A DNA stretch of 64,000 nucleotides from positions 207,018,001 through 207,082,000 of the forward strand of contig NC_091288.1 in NCBI RefSeq assembly GCF_032444005.1. Reading direction: 5' to 3'. This document shows, in pieces, positions 1-12,217 of this stretch. The translations under genes were made by a program, and so were the position numbers. Each line of letters opens with the position of its first letter. Position 1 is the first letter of the stretch. This DNA is from Ranitomeya imitator (Eukaryota). The notes under the pieces are model-generated. The model saw only the letters and a list, made by a program, of their open reading frames with translations. It was not told where the DNA came from and searched no databases.

Positions 1-779
1 AAATGGAGACTGCTAAAGAGAAAACGTCAGAATCTTGTCTGCAATTTCCTCCTTAATTTTTCCCAGTTCAGCAATAACTGTTGTAAATATTCTGGATAAA
101 ATTGCAACATTGTTAAACCTTTCAGAATGAATCGCTACAATGTATCAATAACCAAAGAAGCCACAGGAAAGTCAAAATACCTCTCCCAAATCCGGCCGGG
201 GGTCTTTCTTCTTCCAAACCCAATGTGATCAGATATGGACGCCCCACTATGAGCCAGAACGAAGACCAATGTCCTATGGTGGTCCCGAGCTATTCTTTCC
301 CACCATAGGACATAATAGTCGGCACCAATAGCTCCACGCACTCCAGGTCCTAGCTGTGTTATACAGCCGGCTCCAATCGCTGCCATTAAACCCCTTAAAA
401 TGTCGCTGTCAATCTTTAAAGGGAACCTGACGCACCAGGATTTTAGAGAAAAGCAGTTTCACAGTCACCAGGGACTGAGCCGTACTATCAGCTGTCAGGA
501 TCCCTTTAAGGATTCCATTCTGGCTCCCGTCGCACCCCTTCCCGAGGCGATGTCATCTCAGGGGTAAAGCTTTGGCAGCTGGTGGCCCCCATCTTGGTAC
601 ACCTATGACGCCGAGCCACAAGCTAGGTCATGCTCTAGTATTGTCACCTATTGGAACAAGCAATCAAACAATCGCAGGTTCATGTCTCCAATAGAGACCA
701 AAGAAGGTAATAGGTTAAAAAAAAAAAAAAGTTTGGAAAAATATACAAAAAAAAAAACCAAACATAAAATTCGTAAAAA

Positions 780-1170
780 AAAATAAGTAAAAAAAAAACA
801 AAACAAGAATGCAAATCAGCCACCTCGAAAATAAAAATAAAATAAAATACAAATTAAAAAAAAAAATAGTTCAGTATCGTTGCTCTGCAAAAGTCTGATC
901 TATCAAAAAATAAAATGATTTACCCCATTTGCAAATGCTGTAAAGCAAAATTGAACCATCAGAATTACTGTTTTTTTTTTTTTTTCAGTCACTGCACCTC
1001 CCACCAAACAATGCAATAAAAAGTCATCAAGACAGGACACGTACCCAAAAATGGTATCAATAAAAACCGTAAGATGCCAACAAAAAACGTGACAAAAAAA
1101 CTATAGCAAGAAGAAGAAAAAAACTACAGAAAGATGGAACAATGAAAAAGTTACAGAACTTATAAGACAG
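780..1170. mobile_element. Fragment of an A-rich non-autonomous DNA element, related to the 37800-38300 segment
   Basis: Shares motifs with 37800-38300 (cgtacccaaaaatggtatcaataaaaac vs catgtacccataatggcagcattaaaac; aaaaagttacagaactt vs aaaaagttacgggtctc). No termini resolved. Confidence 0.3.
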
Positions 1171-1845
1171 GAAAAGAGCCCGGGCATGAAAGGCAGAACC
1201 CCCTCAGCAGACTGCACAACGTGAGCCGCGGAAAAACGCAACAATTTTTTTCTAAAGCCGTGAACGTGGCGTCTCGGGAGCCGCTATTAAGGGCATCAGA
1301 AAAAAATTAAAGGTGGTGAACTTAGCTCTGGATTACAAGTGCAGATCTATTGTATGCTCACCCCGGACACAGCTACACCGCGGCTATAATAACCCGGGAT
1401 TAGAGAGCGGCCAATAAAGACTCCGAGCCGGGAGCGAGGAAATAAAAAGAGTAATGCGGCTCGCTCAGCAGCCAGGGGAATATCGACAGGGGTATTATTT
1501 TATTTTACAGCACATCTGATAGTTTGGGGCGGCTGTGCCGCTGTATGAGCGCATGCTTCGCAGCAAGTCAGTCCAGAGAGAATGAGTAGAAACCACCAGC
1601 AGGAGAAAAATTAAAAAGGGGTTGTCTCATCTTCTATCTTCAGTTCCCGGCTTCTTGGCTTCCTGTGTTCGTGGGAGCGGAGCACACTCCTCCTCGATTC
1701 ACTGTTTGGACCAAGAGGTGGGAGGCCCGGGGCCCATTTTTCAAGGTGTTGCAATATGTAACGCAAAAGCACAAAATGAAACAAACACAAGATAATTTAC
1801 AAAAAAACATTTACACAGAGTAATTCAGGTAAAATCATTCATTTT

Positions 1846-2050
1846 TTACAATCCAGGCACTTTCCTTGATTTTCATGCTGCAAAATCACTAATGATGTCA
1901 CTAATGTCCAATTCGCGCAGTAGATCTGACTCGATGCTCATGATTGCCAAATTTACAAGTCGTTCCTGCTTCATGGACGTCCTTAATCGGTTTTCAACCA
2001 ATTTGAGTTTTGAGAAGGAACGCTCACCACTGCAGTTTACCATCAAATTA
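1846..2050 (-). pseudogene. hAT transposase C-terminal dimerisation-domain remnant
   Basis: Reads [36 protein letters not shown]...DFAA*KSRKVPGL*. The ERSFS...RL..L motif is typical of hAT C-termini. The internal TGA is probably a CpG-decayed CGA. Confidence 0.85.
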
Positions 2051-2589
2051 TTATTTGGGTCCATTAACTTACTGTCTAATTATACTTACCTGCTCCTGGC
2101 GCGGTCCCTGCAGGTCACTGGCTTCCCAGCGCCGGCAGCTTCCTCCTGTACTGAGCGGTCACATGGTACCGCTCATTACAATAATGAATATGCGGATCCA
2201 CCTCCCATAGAGGTGGAGCCGCATATTCATTACTGTAATGAGCGGTAACGGTGACCGCTCAGTACAGAAAGAAGCTGCAGCGCCGGGGAAGCAGGGACTG
2301 CACAGCGCCAGGAGCAGGTAAGTATAACCGGGAGGGGAGCGCTGCGCGATACCCACCTGCTCCTCGTTTCAGCGCCTCTCCATCTTCAGCAGTGGCGCTC
2401 AGGTCAGAGGGCGCGGTGACGTAGTTAGTGCGCGCCCTCAGCCTGAACGCCAGTGCTGTAGATGGAGCGGCGCCTGAATGAGGAGCAGGTGAGTATTGAA
2501 AGTGCTGGGGACCTGAGCAACGGAGAGGTGAGTATGCAATTTTTTTTTTATCACAGCAAATGGGGCAAGTGTCTGTATGGAGCATCTAT

Positions 2590-3375
2590 GGGGCCATAAC
2601 GTTTGTGCAGCACTATAAGGGGCCATAACGTTTGTGCAGCACTATATGGGGCCATAACGTTTGTGCAGCACTATATGGGGCCATAACGTTTGTGCAGCAC
2701 TATATGGGGCCATAACGTTTGTGCAGCACTATATGGGGCCATAACGTTTGTGCAGCACTATATGGGGCCATAACGTTTGTGCAGCACTATATGGGGCCAT
2801 AACGTTTGTGCAGCACTATATGGGGCCATAACGTTTGTGCAGCACTATATGGGGCCATAACGTTTGTGCAGCACTATATGGGGCCATAACGTTTGTGCAG
2901 CACTATATGGGGCCATAACGTTTGTGCAGCACTATATGGGGCCATAACGTTTGTGCAGCACTATATGGGGCCATAACGTTTGTGCAGCACTATATGGGGC
3001 CATAACGTTTGTGCAGCACTATATGGGGCCATAACGTTTGTGCAGCACTATATGGGGCCATAACGTTTGTGCAGCACTATATGGGGCCATAACGTTTGTG
3101 CAGCACTATATGGGACCATAACGTTTGTGCAGCACTATATGGGGCCATAACGTTTGTGCAGCACTATAAGGGGCCATAACATTTGTGCAGCACTATATGG
3201 GGCCATAACATTTGTGCAGCACTATATGGGGCCATAACATTTGTGCAGCACTATATGGGGCCATAACGTTTGTGCAGCACTATATGGGGCCATAACATTT
3301 GTGCAGCACTATATGGGGCCATAACATTTGTGCAGCACTATATGGGGCCATAACGTTTGTGCAGCACTATATGGG
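2590..3375 (+). repeat. 29-bp minisatellite (ccataacgtttgtgcagcactatatgggg), about 27 copies
   Basis: Period measured directly (2641 to 2670). Degenerates towards 3600. Confidence 0.97.
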
Positions 3376-3714
3376 GCAAGTGTCTGTATGGGGCCATAAT
3401 CAATGTTTGTGCAGCACTATATGGGGCAAATATCTTTATGGAGCATCTTATGGGGCCATAATCAGCATTTGCGCAGCATTATATAAGGCAAATATGTCTA
3501 TGGAGCATCTTATGGGGCCATTATTAACCTTTATGCAGGATTATATGGGGCAAATTTTAATATGGAGCATCTTATGGGGCCATAATGAACTTTATGGAGC
3601 ATTATATGGGGCTCCTGATTCAATATGGATATTCAAAAACACTGAACCTACTGATGTCTCAATTAATTTTACTTTTATTGGTATCTATCCTATCCTCTAC
3701 CCTACCTACTGTAT

Positions 3715-3886
3715 CCTCACCCATCCCTTGTAGATTGTGAGCCCTCGCGGGCAGGGTCCTCACTCCTCCTGTACCAGTTGTGACCTGTATTGTTCAAGAT
3801 TATTGTACTTGTTTTATTATGTATACCCCTCCTCACATGTAAAGTGCCATGGAATAAATGGCGCTATATCAATAAATAATAATAAT
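3715..3886 (+). mobile_element. L2-type LINE/SINE 3' end with (AAT)n tail
   Basis: tagattgtgagccctcgcggg...gtaaagtgccatggaataaatggcgctatat followed by aataaataataataat. The same tail motif recurs at 20105, 34742 and 37990. Confidence 0.7.
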
Positions 3887-4049
3887 CTATTTTTACTTTT
3901 GACATTTACCGGTAGCTGTTGCATTTCCCACCCTAGGCTTATACTTGAGTCATTAAGTTTTCCCAGTTTTTTGTGGCAAAATTGGGGGGGGGGGGGGGGG
4001 GAAGGTCGGCTTATATTCGGATCAGCTTATACTTGAGTATATACGGTAA

Positions 4050-5133
4050 TTCTCCGTCCCAGGCTCAGGTCTTATGCAGACTCCAACAGGTTTTCTTCAA
4101 GAATGGTCCTGTATTTGGCTCCATCCATCTTCCCATCAATTTTAACCATCTTCCCTGTCCCTGCTGAAGAAAAGCAGGCCCAAACCATGATGCTGCCACC
4201 ACCATGTTTGACAGTGGGGGTGGTGTGTTCAGGGTGATGAGCTGTGTTGCCTTTACACCAAACATAACATTTGGCATTGTTGCCAAAAAGTTCTATATTG
4301 GTGTCATCTGACCAGAGCACCTTCTTCCACATGTTTGGTGTCTCCCAGGTGGCTTCTTGCAAACTTTAAACGACACTTTTAATGGATATCTGTGAGAAAT
4401 GTCTTTCTTCTTGCCACTCTTCCATAAAGGCCAGATTTGTGCAGTGTACGACTGATTGTTGTCCTATGGACAGACTGTCCCACCTCAGCTGTAGATCTCT
4501 GCAGTTCATCCAGAGTGATCATGGGCCTCTTGGCTGCATCTCTGATCAGTTTTCTCCTTGTTTGAGATGAAAGTTTAGAGGGACGGCCGGGTCTTGGTAG
4601 ATTTGCAGTGGTATGATACTCATTCCATTTCAATATGATCGCTTGCACAGTGCTCCTTGGGATGTTTAAAGTTTTGGAAATCATTTTGTATCCAAATCCA
4701 GCTTTAAACTTCTCCACAACAGTATCACGGACCTGCCTGTTGTGTTCCTTGGTCTTCATGATGCTCTCTGTGCTTCACACAGAACCCTGAGACTATCACA
4801 GAGCATGTGCATTTATACGGAGACTTGATCACACACAGGTGGATTATATTTATCATCACTAGGCATTTAGGACAACATTGGATCATTCAGAGATCCACAA
4901 TGAACTTCTGGACTGAAAGTAAAGGAGCCGAATAATATTGCACGCCCCACTTTTCAGTTTTTGAATTTCCACAAAAATTTAAAATAACCAATAAATTTCG
5001 TTCAACTTCACAATTGTGTTCCACTTGTTGATTCTTCACCAAAAATTTACACTTGGTATCTTTATGTGTGAAGCATGATATGTGGGAAAAGGTTGAAAAG
5101 TTCCAGGGGGCCGAATACTTTCGCAAGGCACTA
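4050..5133 (-). mobile_element. Tc1-family transposon, frameshifted and 3'-truncated
   Basis: Minus-strand terminus (c>t)AGTGCCTTGCGAAAGTATTCGG next to TA. ORFs 4379-4759 (MKTKEH...PGRPSKLS HTH) and 4072-4362 ([11 protein letters not shown]...[11 protein letters not shown]). Stops before the second catalytic Asp. Confidence 0.95.
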
Positions 5134-5874
5134 TACATACAGTATACACAGACACACCGTAATGCAGGATATAGTGTGGACTTGTATATACGGTATGGTA
5201 CTGTGTAGGACAGGAGCTGCAAGAAAGATACACAGACACACACACACGGACAGAGATCAGAGATCATACTCACCCACCACGACACTGGAGACTGAACCAC
5301 TTCACCTCTGGCTCTTCAGTCCTGCCGCGCTCCGCGGTGGAGAATCCTCTTCTTGCACCGACATCGTGGCTCCATCTCCTTCCTCGCAGGTCGCTGAACA
5401 AACTCTCATCTGATCTAATCCAAGGGAGCGATCATATAGCTGAATAGGTAGCACCTAGAAGCTTCTGTTGGGATCGGAGAAGGCTGCCGCATGCCATAAG
5501 CTAAGCATTAGGTACAGGGAGGGTATAAGGAAGTCTGGCTAGGCTAGCCAGGTCAGTGGATGCTGACGCAGGTCAGGTGCCATGACTCTGCCGCTCTGCG
5601 CCAGCCACTGAGATGTGGGATTGTAGCCAGGTCCCTACACATTCAATAGTTTCTCTTTTGTTAAATGATTATTATCATTAGAAACGGTTCACGGCAAAGA
5701 GACATGTATTTTACATATTTTGAGAGATTTATCCCTATATTGGTGGGAGGCCCCCGCGTGGTGGGTGGCCCAGGGCCCGGGCCCCCCCCTAATCCGGGCA
5801 TGGGACCAGGGTCATAGTCGTGCTTGTCCATTCCTACAGCATCGGAGGACCACACGAGCACTAAACCCGTCCTC

Positions 5875-6520
5875 CTAATCTGGCTAACTTCAGAGCAGCA
5901 CTTATAAGTTATTTAAAAAAGAGCTTGCAAGCGCTGCGCTCCTTGCCTTGGAGAGAGGCTGCCACTAAGGTGGCAGATTACTGTTTGTTGATTAAGCTAT
6001 TGGCCACCTCAGCAGTAGTCTCTCTTCTAGGCAAGGGGTGGAGCGCTCACAAGCTCTGTATAAAAGAGCAACCAATCCGGCCAACTTCAGAGCAGCACTT
6101 ACAAGTTCTTTAAAGAAGAATTTGTAAGCGCTGTGCCCCTTGCCTAGGAGAGACACTAACACTAAGTTGGCCGATTACTGCTTGTTGCTTAGGCAGTCGG
6201 CCATCTCAACAGTAGCCTCTCTCCTAGCAAAGTGATTACATACTCAGTATAGAACAGAAACCAATCCGGTCAACTTCAGAGCAACACGAAGTTGCGCTCT
6301 TGCCTAGTAGAGAGGCTAGTGTAAAGGTGGCCAATATCCCAAGCAATAAGCAGTAATCAGCCACTGTAACAGTGGCCTCTCTCCTAGGAAAGGAGTGTAG
6401 CGCTTACAAGTTCTTCTTTAAAGAACTTGTAAGTGCTGCTCTGAAGTTGGCCGGATTGGCTGCTCTTCTATACTGAGCTTGTAAGTGCTCCACTCCTTGC
6501 CTAGGAGAGAGGCTACGGTT
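5875..6520. repeat. Diverged ~190-bp direct repeats followed by an inverted copy (foldback, MITE-like)
   Basis: aatccggccaacttcagagcagcacttacaagttctttaaagaag at ~6075 is reverse-complemented at ~6415-6460. A direct copy lies at ~5878. Confidence 0.75.
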
Positions 6521-6583
6521 CAGGTCGCCGTTTGCTGCAGGTCATAAGTCCGATGGGAGCCGCGCAGCAAGGACTTCAAGTTA

Positions 6584-7006
6584 GGCTACTTTCACACTAG
6601 CGTCGGATTCAGCCCGTCGCATTGCGTCGGGCCAATATTCCGATGCTAGCGTTTGATGCGCCACACAACGGGTGCAGCGGATGCATTTCTCCGGCGCATC
6701 CGCTGCCCCATTGTGAGGTGCGGGGGAGGTGGGAGGCGGAGTTCCGGCTGCGCATACACGGTCAGAAAAAGCGGTCCGTCGGCAGCAAAAAACGTTACAT
6801 TTAACGTTTTTTGCTCCCGGCGGTCCGCCACAACACGGCGCAACCGTCGCACGATGGTTGCGACGTGTGTCAATACGTCGCAATGCGTCGGTAATGTTAC
6901 TCTATGGGGCAAAAACGCATCCTGCAAACAACTTTGCAGGATGCGTTTTTTTCCCCTAAACGACGCATTGCGACGTATTAAAAAAAACACCAGTGTGAAA
7001 GTAGCC
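6584..7006. mobile_element. PIF/Harbinger-type MITE
   Basis: TIR GGCTACTTTCACACT / AGTGTGAAAGTAGCC, flanked on both sides by a TTA target duplication. Confidence 0.9.
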
Positions 7007-7864
7007 TTACGGGGTGCACAGGAAAAAGTTAGGAGACAACCTCTATGGGAGCCGTGCTAGATGTCGCCCCGCTTTATCTCAGTTTTTAAAAAAAGGAAGG
7101 GGATTCTTTCATTTCTCTCCTGTGACTCCAAATTATCCTTATGATAAAATATTAACCGCTCTGTAACTCATCTATCCAATTTCAGCGCAAAACTTTGTAA
7201 GAATTTCCATTAAAAATACAACACAACTTTTCTTTTTTTTTCCTCTCCCGGTCTTCCTCGCCACTGGGACCAGTAACATATTTTACAGACGGCTGTTCCC
7301 ACTTCCCCTCCAGGGGCTGCAAATGCTTCCAGCCTGAAAATAAAATAATGAGATTTTTCTAAAGAAAAAAAAAAAAAATTGCGTCTGACATCATGTATTT
7401 TTTTTGGGAAGGAAATGTATTTTGTATTCAGGGGAAGCGTCTGTCTCTCTTATTCTTGAATCCCAACAGCGTTTAATGTTCCAGAAAAGCTTTTCGTGAT
7501 GGCGCGATAATTCTCTCCATCTCTGACAAATGTATATGACGTAAACTCCCTCCACGGGATAGAAACAGAACCTGCGGACCCCACTTCAGCTCCGAAAGCT
7601 TCACGGCTGATTCTGCGCCATGAGGTCGGTAAGTGCCGGCCGTGCCAGACCCGTACAGGCGGCGTCAAGGCGTAATTCATCGATGCAGACGATCCCACCG
7701 ATTGCACCTGACGCAATAAAAAAAATGCTGCTTTTCTTCTGCAAAATGTTCGAGACCCTTAAAGGAGTATTGGGGGAACCCATATCACTGTCTCGGAGCT
7801 CCTAAGAATGTCGAAATGGCTTTGCACGCGCCCATCTCTAGTCACTAATTCAGCACCATTGCTT

Positions 7865-8680
7865 GGCAATTTTCAGAAACCCCATAGAAGTGAATAGCAA
7901 GTGGGACGTTCTCTGCTCCCGGCGTCACAAGACAGAGCCCCCGTCTCAAGTAAGACGGGGGTACCAGAAGGTTGACCCACTTCTTTACGGTTTTTTATTG
8001 CATGTCCTGTTCGAAATTGGGTTTTAGACACTCCGGATCTGCGGTGCAGAGTTGGCACTCTCTATTCGATAAGTGAGCACAGTTGCTTGGCAATCCCATA
8101 GACGTGAATAGAAAGCATCACGCATGCGCAGCCACTTTTCCATTCCCGTGCCTCGAGATGAGCCACAAGGTTGGACCCACTTCTTTAGGATACTTATGGC
8201 ATGTCCTGTCCGAAAAGGATTTAGACAGACTCGAGCACAATTGCTTGTTAATTTTCATACATACCAAAGAAGTGAATAGTATCGCGCATGCGCAGCCACT
8301 TCTCACGGAGCCCCATTCTCAAGGAGCATGGAGGTCCCAGAGGTTGGACCCACTTCTTTAGGATTTCTATAGCATGTCTTATCTGAAATGGGTTTAGCAG
8401 ACTTGAGCACAATTGCTTGTTAATTTTCATCAATCCCATAGAGGTGAATAGAAAGTGTCGCACATACACCACGGCCACTTCTCCATGCCCTGAGTCACAA
8501 GACAGAGCCCCAATCTCAAGGAAATAGGGGTCTTAGGGGTTGGACCCACTTCTTTATGATTTTTATGGCATGTCCTGTCAAAAATGGATTAAGACAGACT
8601 TAGTAAGTGTTTCGCATGTGCAGCAGCTTCTCCGGACCGGCGTTACAAGACAGAGCAGGGTAAACAGAGGACCCCGTCTA
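7865..8680 (+). repeat. Old diverged tandem repeat, unit ~170-215 bp, 4-5 copies
   Basis: Recurring cccatagaNgtgaatag, cacaagacagagc and ggttggacccacttcttt motifs (first motif at ~7880, 8095, 8265, 8435). Confidence 0.75.
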
Positions 8681-9257
8681 TCAGATTGTTATGGCAAAGC
8701 CCAATGCGAATTGGGTGTAGAAATGGCAGATTTGCAGAGCAGGAAATTATTGAAAAATTACAGCTGCAGAAAATATAAGTATGATATGTGGAAAACGACC
8801 AAATTAGTACAATGCTCATTTCACGTCAGAAATGTCTGTGAATTTGGTACAGAACACACCCTGAAATCCATATTGTGTGAATGAGGACCAACAAGTAATG
8901 TTTTTTTTCTTTCAAATACATTTACTGCAACATCCATTGTAGAAACATTCTTCTATCCCAGGGGATAAAGCTCGTCTAGCCACACAGGGCTCGGAAAGGT
9001 GGGTGACAACCAATAAAGCCTCCAATACAGGCTGCCAGCTTGGGAAGAGCTCAAAAAAAGACAGATAATAGAGAACCAAACTCACTGCCGGATCTTCAGG
9101 GTGAGCGCAATGATAGATTCTCAGTTAGCTCATTACACAGTCAGTAACAGGTATAGGCAGCGCAACAGAAAAGGCTATAGAAGGCAAATAGGACATTGGG
9201 GGTTTAACGACACTCGATTACAAACATGCAAGTCTAAAGGATATAGATACTCTACCA

Positions 9258-9452
9258 CAGGGTTGTCAAACTGCATTCCTCGAGGGCTGCAAACAGGTCA
9301 TGTTTTCAGGATTTCCTTGTACTGCACAGGTGATAATTTAATCACCAACTCATTATTTGTATAGGTGATTAAATTAGCACCTGTGCAGTACAAGGAAATC
9401 CTGAAAACATGACCTGTTTGCAGCCCTCGAGGAATGCAGTTTGACACCCCTG
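9258..9452. mobile_element. hAT-type palindromic MITE (195 bp)
   Basis: Whole element is an inverted repeat, CAGGGTTGTCAAACTGC...GCAGTTTGACACCCCTG, with an 8-bp TSD ctctacca/gtctacca (7/8 match). Confidence 0.9.
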
Positions 9453-9480
9453 GTCTACCAGAACCATCCACCAAAATACG

Positions 9481-9491
9481 ATGGATGGATG

Positions 9492-9524
<33 letters not shown>

Positions 9525-9635
9525 AGAAAAAAGGAAAGGAATATGAAGGACAGGGAAAGAAAGAGAGAAAGAAAGAGAGAGAGAAAGAGAGAAAGAGAGA
9601 AAGAGAGAAAGAGAGAAAGAAAGAAAGAAAGATAA
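9481..9635 (+). repeat. (GATG)/(GATA)n and (GA/GAAA)n microsatellites
   Basis: Seen directly. Confidence 0.95.
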
Positions 9636-10235
9636 TAAATTCTACCTGTAGATTAATAATTATATATAATATACTCTGGAATGTTTTGCAGTGATTATGA
9701 TCCTGATGATTTTAGTCCCTGGACCGATATTTGGGATATTTCTGTAATATCCGTCTATGTCTTCAGACCCTTGGAAACATTTATAGATATTATTACAGGA
9801 CATGGAGCTCGCGGATCCGTCCTTATTCTGGTGTCATACGGTCATGGAACAATCACTGACACTACATGGCCCTCACAGCACCCAGTGTGACCGTCGGACG
9901 CCGTCACCCCCCAGCAGACCCTGATGCCATGAGTGACATGTATCTGATCACTGGTGACACTCCCGGCGGCCGGCATTACACTGGACCTGACAGCCCTATA
10001 ATAGGCAGAGATCTCATATATACCAGGTAGGTGATAGATAATGGGAACCACAAGGATGAAGGACGATGAATATGTGGAGATGACGGAAGCTCCTTTATGA
10101 TGGATGGATCATACTGTTCTGCATTTCTAGGTAAATATTTCCCAGACTATCCTACATTTCTGGGATCCGTCTCTGCCTCCTCCACGTGGGAGACCTCCAC
10201 CGATACAACCCAGGGAACCTATAGAAGGGTCTCAC

Positions 10236-10409
10236 CTTAAAGGCGATGTCATAGAACTCTCCGCTGTTGCTGAGGGACGGGCGCCCAGACATGGCCATGC
10301 CATTGCTTTGGGTCTCGGCGGCCGCCTTGCCGTTCTCCTTGGTAGGTGGGACGCTACAAGTGGCCGGAGAGCTGCTCCCTTTACTCTTCTGACTCTTCTT
10401 CCTGGACAT
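10236..10409 (-). CDS. RAB26: Ras-related protein Rab-26, first coding exon (58 codons, phase-0 donor)
   Basis: MSRKKSQKSKG...GRPSLSNSGEFYDIAFK followed by AAG|GTGAGA. Matches the human RAB26 N-terminus (MSRKKTPKSKG...GRPSL...FYDVAFK|VMLVGDSGVGK) and its exon boundary. Divergent from PKD1, as in human. Confidence 0.93.
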
Positions 10410-10921
10410 GATGCGGCCGGTCGGAGTCACTGTCTTAGGGGTCACTCACAGCCAGAGTCGCCCAGAAGGTGGCGGGTTTTCACACTGCGCTTCGTTTAGT
10501 GTCTTGGGGGATGTTGAGGATTACCAGACTACAACCCCTAACATCCAAGTTGCAGTCTCTGCGGATGTCCACAATTGTAAGAGATTGTATGACACTCACT
10601 AGTCACAGCGGTCAAGACTCAGCCAAAAATTCACCCTCCAGGGCTCGACTGCTTGATTTTCCAGTTCCTCTCCTCACCGGCTCCGGTGTACACTGCTGTC
10701 TAACCTCAGCGGTCCCTGCTGCCCCCCTCCCTCGTCTCCTGTCACTCACCGCGCTCTCTGCGCTGACAGCTGATGTCTCTTTGATATTAGTAATCTGTCG
10801 CCTGCTCCTCCGCTCTCTCCTTTCTCCCTTATTCAGCACTCCCTGGATGTCTCTTTTCACCTTGTCTCTCAATGCTGCGCTCTCCGTATCTGGGAAACTC
10901 TCCCCGAAGTTACATGATCCC
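10410..10921 (-). other. RAB26: Probable 5' UTR portion of the RAB26 ATG-containing exon
   Basis: Minus-strand acceptor tcctgtgttttgcAG|GGGATC at 10922/10921. Inferred; no transcript evidence. Confidence 0.5.
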
Positions 10922-10984
10922 CTGCAAAACACAGGATGCCCCCTAATCTAATACTGCACAGCAGCTAAATGAAGCGATCACCCA

Positions 10985-11720
10985 CCCTATTATAATAGTC
11001 CAACAGGATGGCACGCTATCGGGGGTGTCCTAATATAATAGTCTGACAGGATGGCACGCTATTGGGGGCACCCTAATATAATAGTCCAATAGGATGGCAC
11101 GCTATCGGGGGTGTCCTAATATAATAGTCTGACAGGATGGCACGCTATCGGGGGTGTCCTAATATAATAATCCAACAGGATGACACGCTATTGGGGGCAC
11201 CCTAATATAATAGTCCAATAGGATGGCACGCTATCGGGGGTGTCCTAATATAATAGTCTGACAGGATGGCACGCTATCGGGGGTGTCCTAATATAATAGT
11301 CTGACAGGATGGCACGCTATCGGGGGTGTCCTAATATAATAGTCTGACAGGATGGCACGCTATCGGGGGTGTCCTAATATAATAGTCCAACAGGATGGCA
11401 CGCTATCGGGGGTGTCCTAATAGAATAGTCTGACAGGATGGCACGCTATTGGGGGCACCCTAATATAATAGGCCAATAGGATGGCACGCTATCGGGGGTG
11501 TCCTATTATAACAATCCAACAGGATGGCACGCTATTGGGGGCACCCTAATATAATAGTCCTACAGGATGGCACGCTATCGGGGGTGTCCTAATATAATAG
11601 TCTTATTGGGTGGCACACTATGGGGCTCCCTAACAGGATAGCACGATATTGGGGGCACCCCAATATAATAGTCCAATAGGGTGGCACGCTATAGGGGGCA
11701 CTCTAATGCAACAGGTATAT
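10985..11720 (+). repeat. 43-bp minisatellite (cctaatataatagtctgacaggatggcacgctatcgggggtgt), about 16 copies
   Basis: Period measured (11031 to 11074). Degenerate remnants extend to ~12130. Confidence 0.96.
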
Positions 11721-12217
11721 ATAGACTCACCCTCTAATAAGGTATATGCCCCAATACAAGGGGTTGCACCCTAATCTAATAGGGGTCGCACCCTGTAATA
11801 CAGAGAGCACCCTAATGTATCAGCTCCTTAATCTAATAATGTTACGGTTTGCACCCAAAATGTAATATTGCGAGCACCCAGTGCAACAGGTGTACAAAGC
11901 CTGCACCCTAACCTTGTGGTGTCACCCTAAAGTGTAATGCAGGGCGCACTTTCAAGCAATGGGTTCTACAGCAGCTGCGCCCACTGCAGAGTCTAATGGG
12001 GATTTCTCCCTACATTTATAAAAGGTGAATATTCTCGGTGCAATATAACGGGCGCCCTAATTGTAATGCAACATGCACCTTCCATTTAGTATAAAGGCAC
12101 CCTAATATAATAGGGCGTGCACCCAACCTGCTCGGTACCCCCTCAACGTCACTGTAGGGCTGTGTGCACACTTCTATAGGCTACCCTGAGCCCCGGCACT
12201 GAGACCCCCTGCGTTAC

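Larger units (their letters stand above)
2081..4046. mobile_element. Non-autonomous Tc2/pogo-like DNA element, right end only, carrying foldback cassettes and a 29-bp array
   Basis: Ends ...cttatacttgagtatatacgg|TA. The reverse complement CCGTATATAC resembles Tc2-type termini. Left terminus not found. Confidence 0.5.

Noticed and set aside
5266-5410. Exon-like minus-strand segment ending in GG|GTGAGT inside the RAB26 intron
   Set aside because: No frame resembles RAB26 exon 2. The atactcacc motif is common in local repeats.
7450-7805. Cluster of overlapping 60-88-aa ORFs in a CpG-containing patch
   Set aside because: No recognisable motif or splice structure; consistent with chance in GC-richer DNA.
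10410-10445. 12-codon N-terminal extension of RAB26 in the ORF track (MTPKTVTPTGRI)
   Set aside because: Homology to RAB26 starts at MSRKK (10409), so the extension is unsupported.
10612-10932. 106-aa minus ORF upstream of RAB26
   Set aside because: It begins at a non-ATG codon spanning the predicted splice acceptor, has no recognisable homology, and is better explained as 5' UTR.
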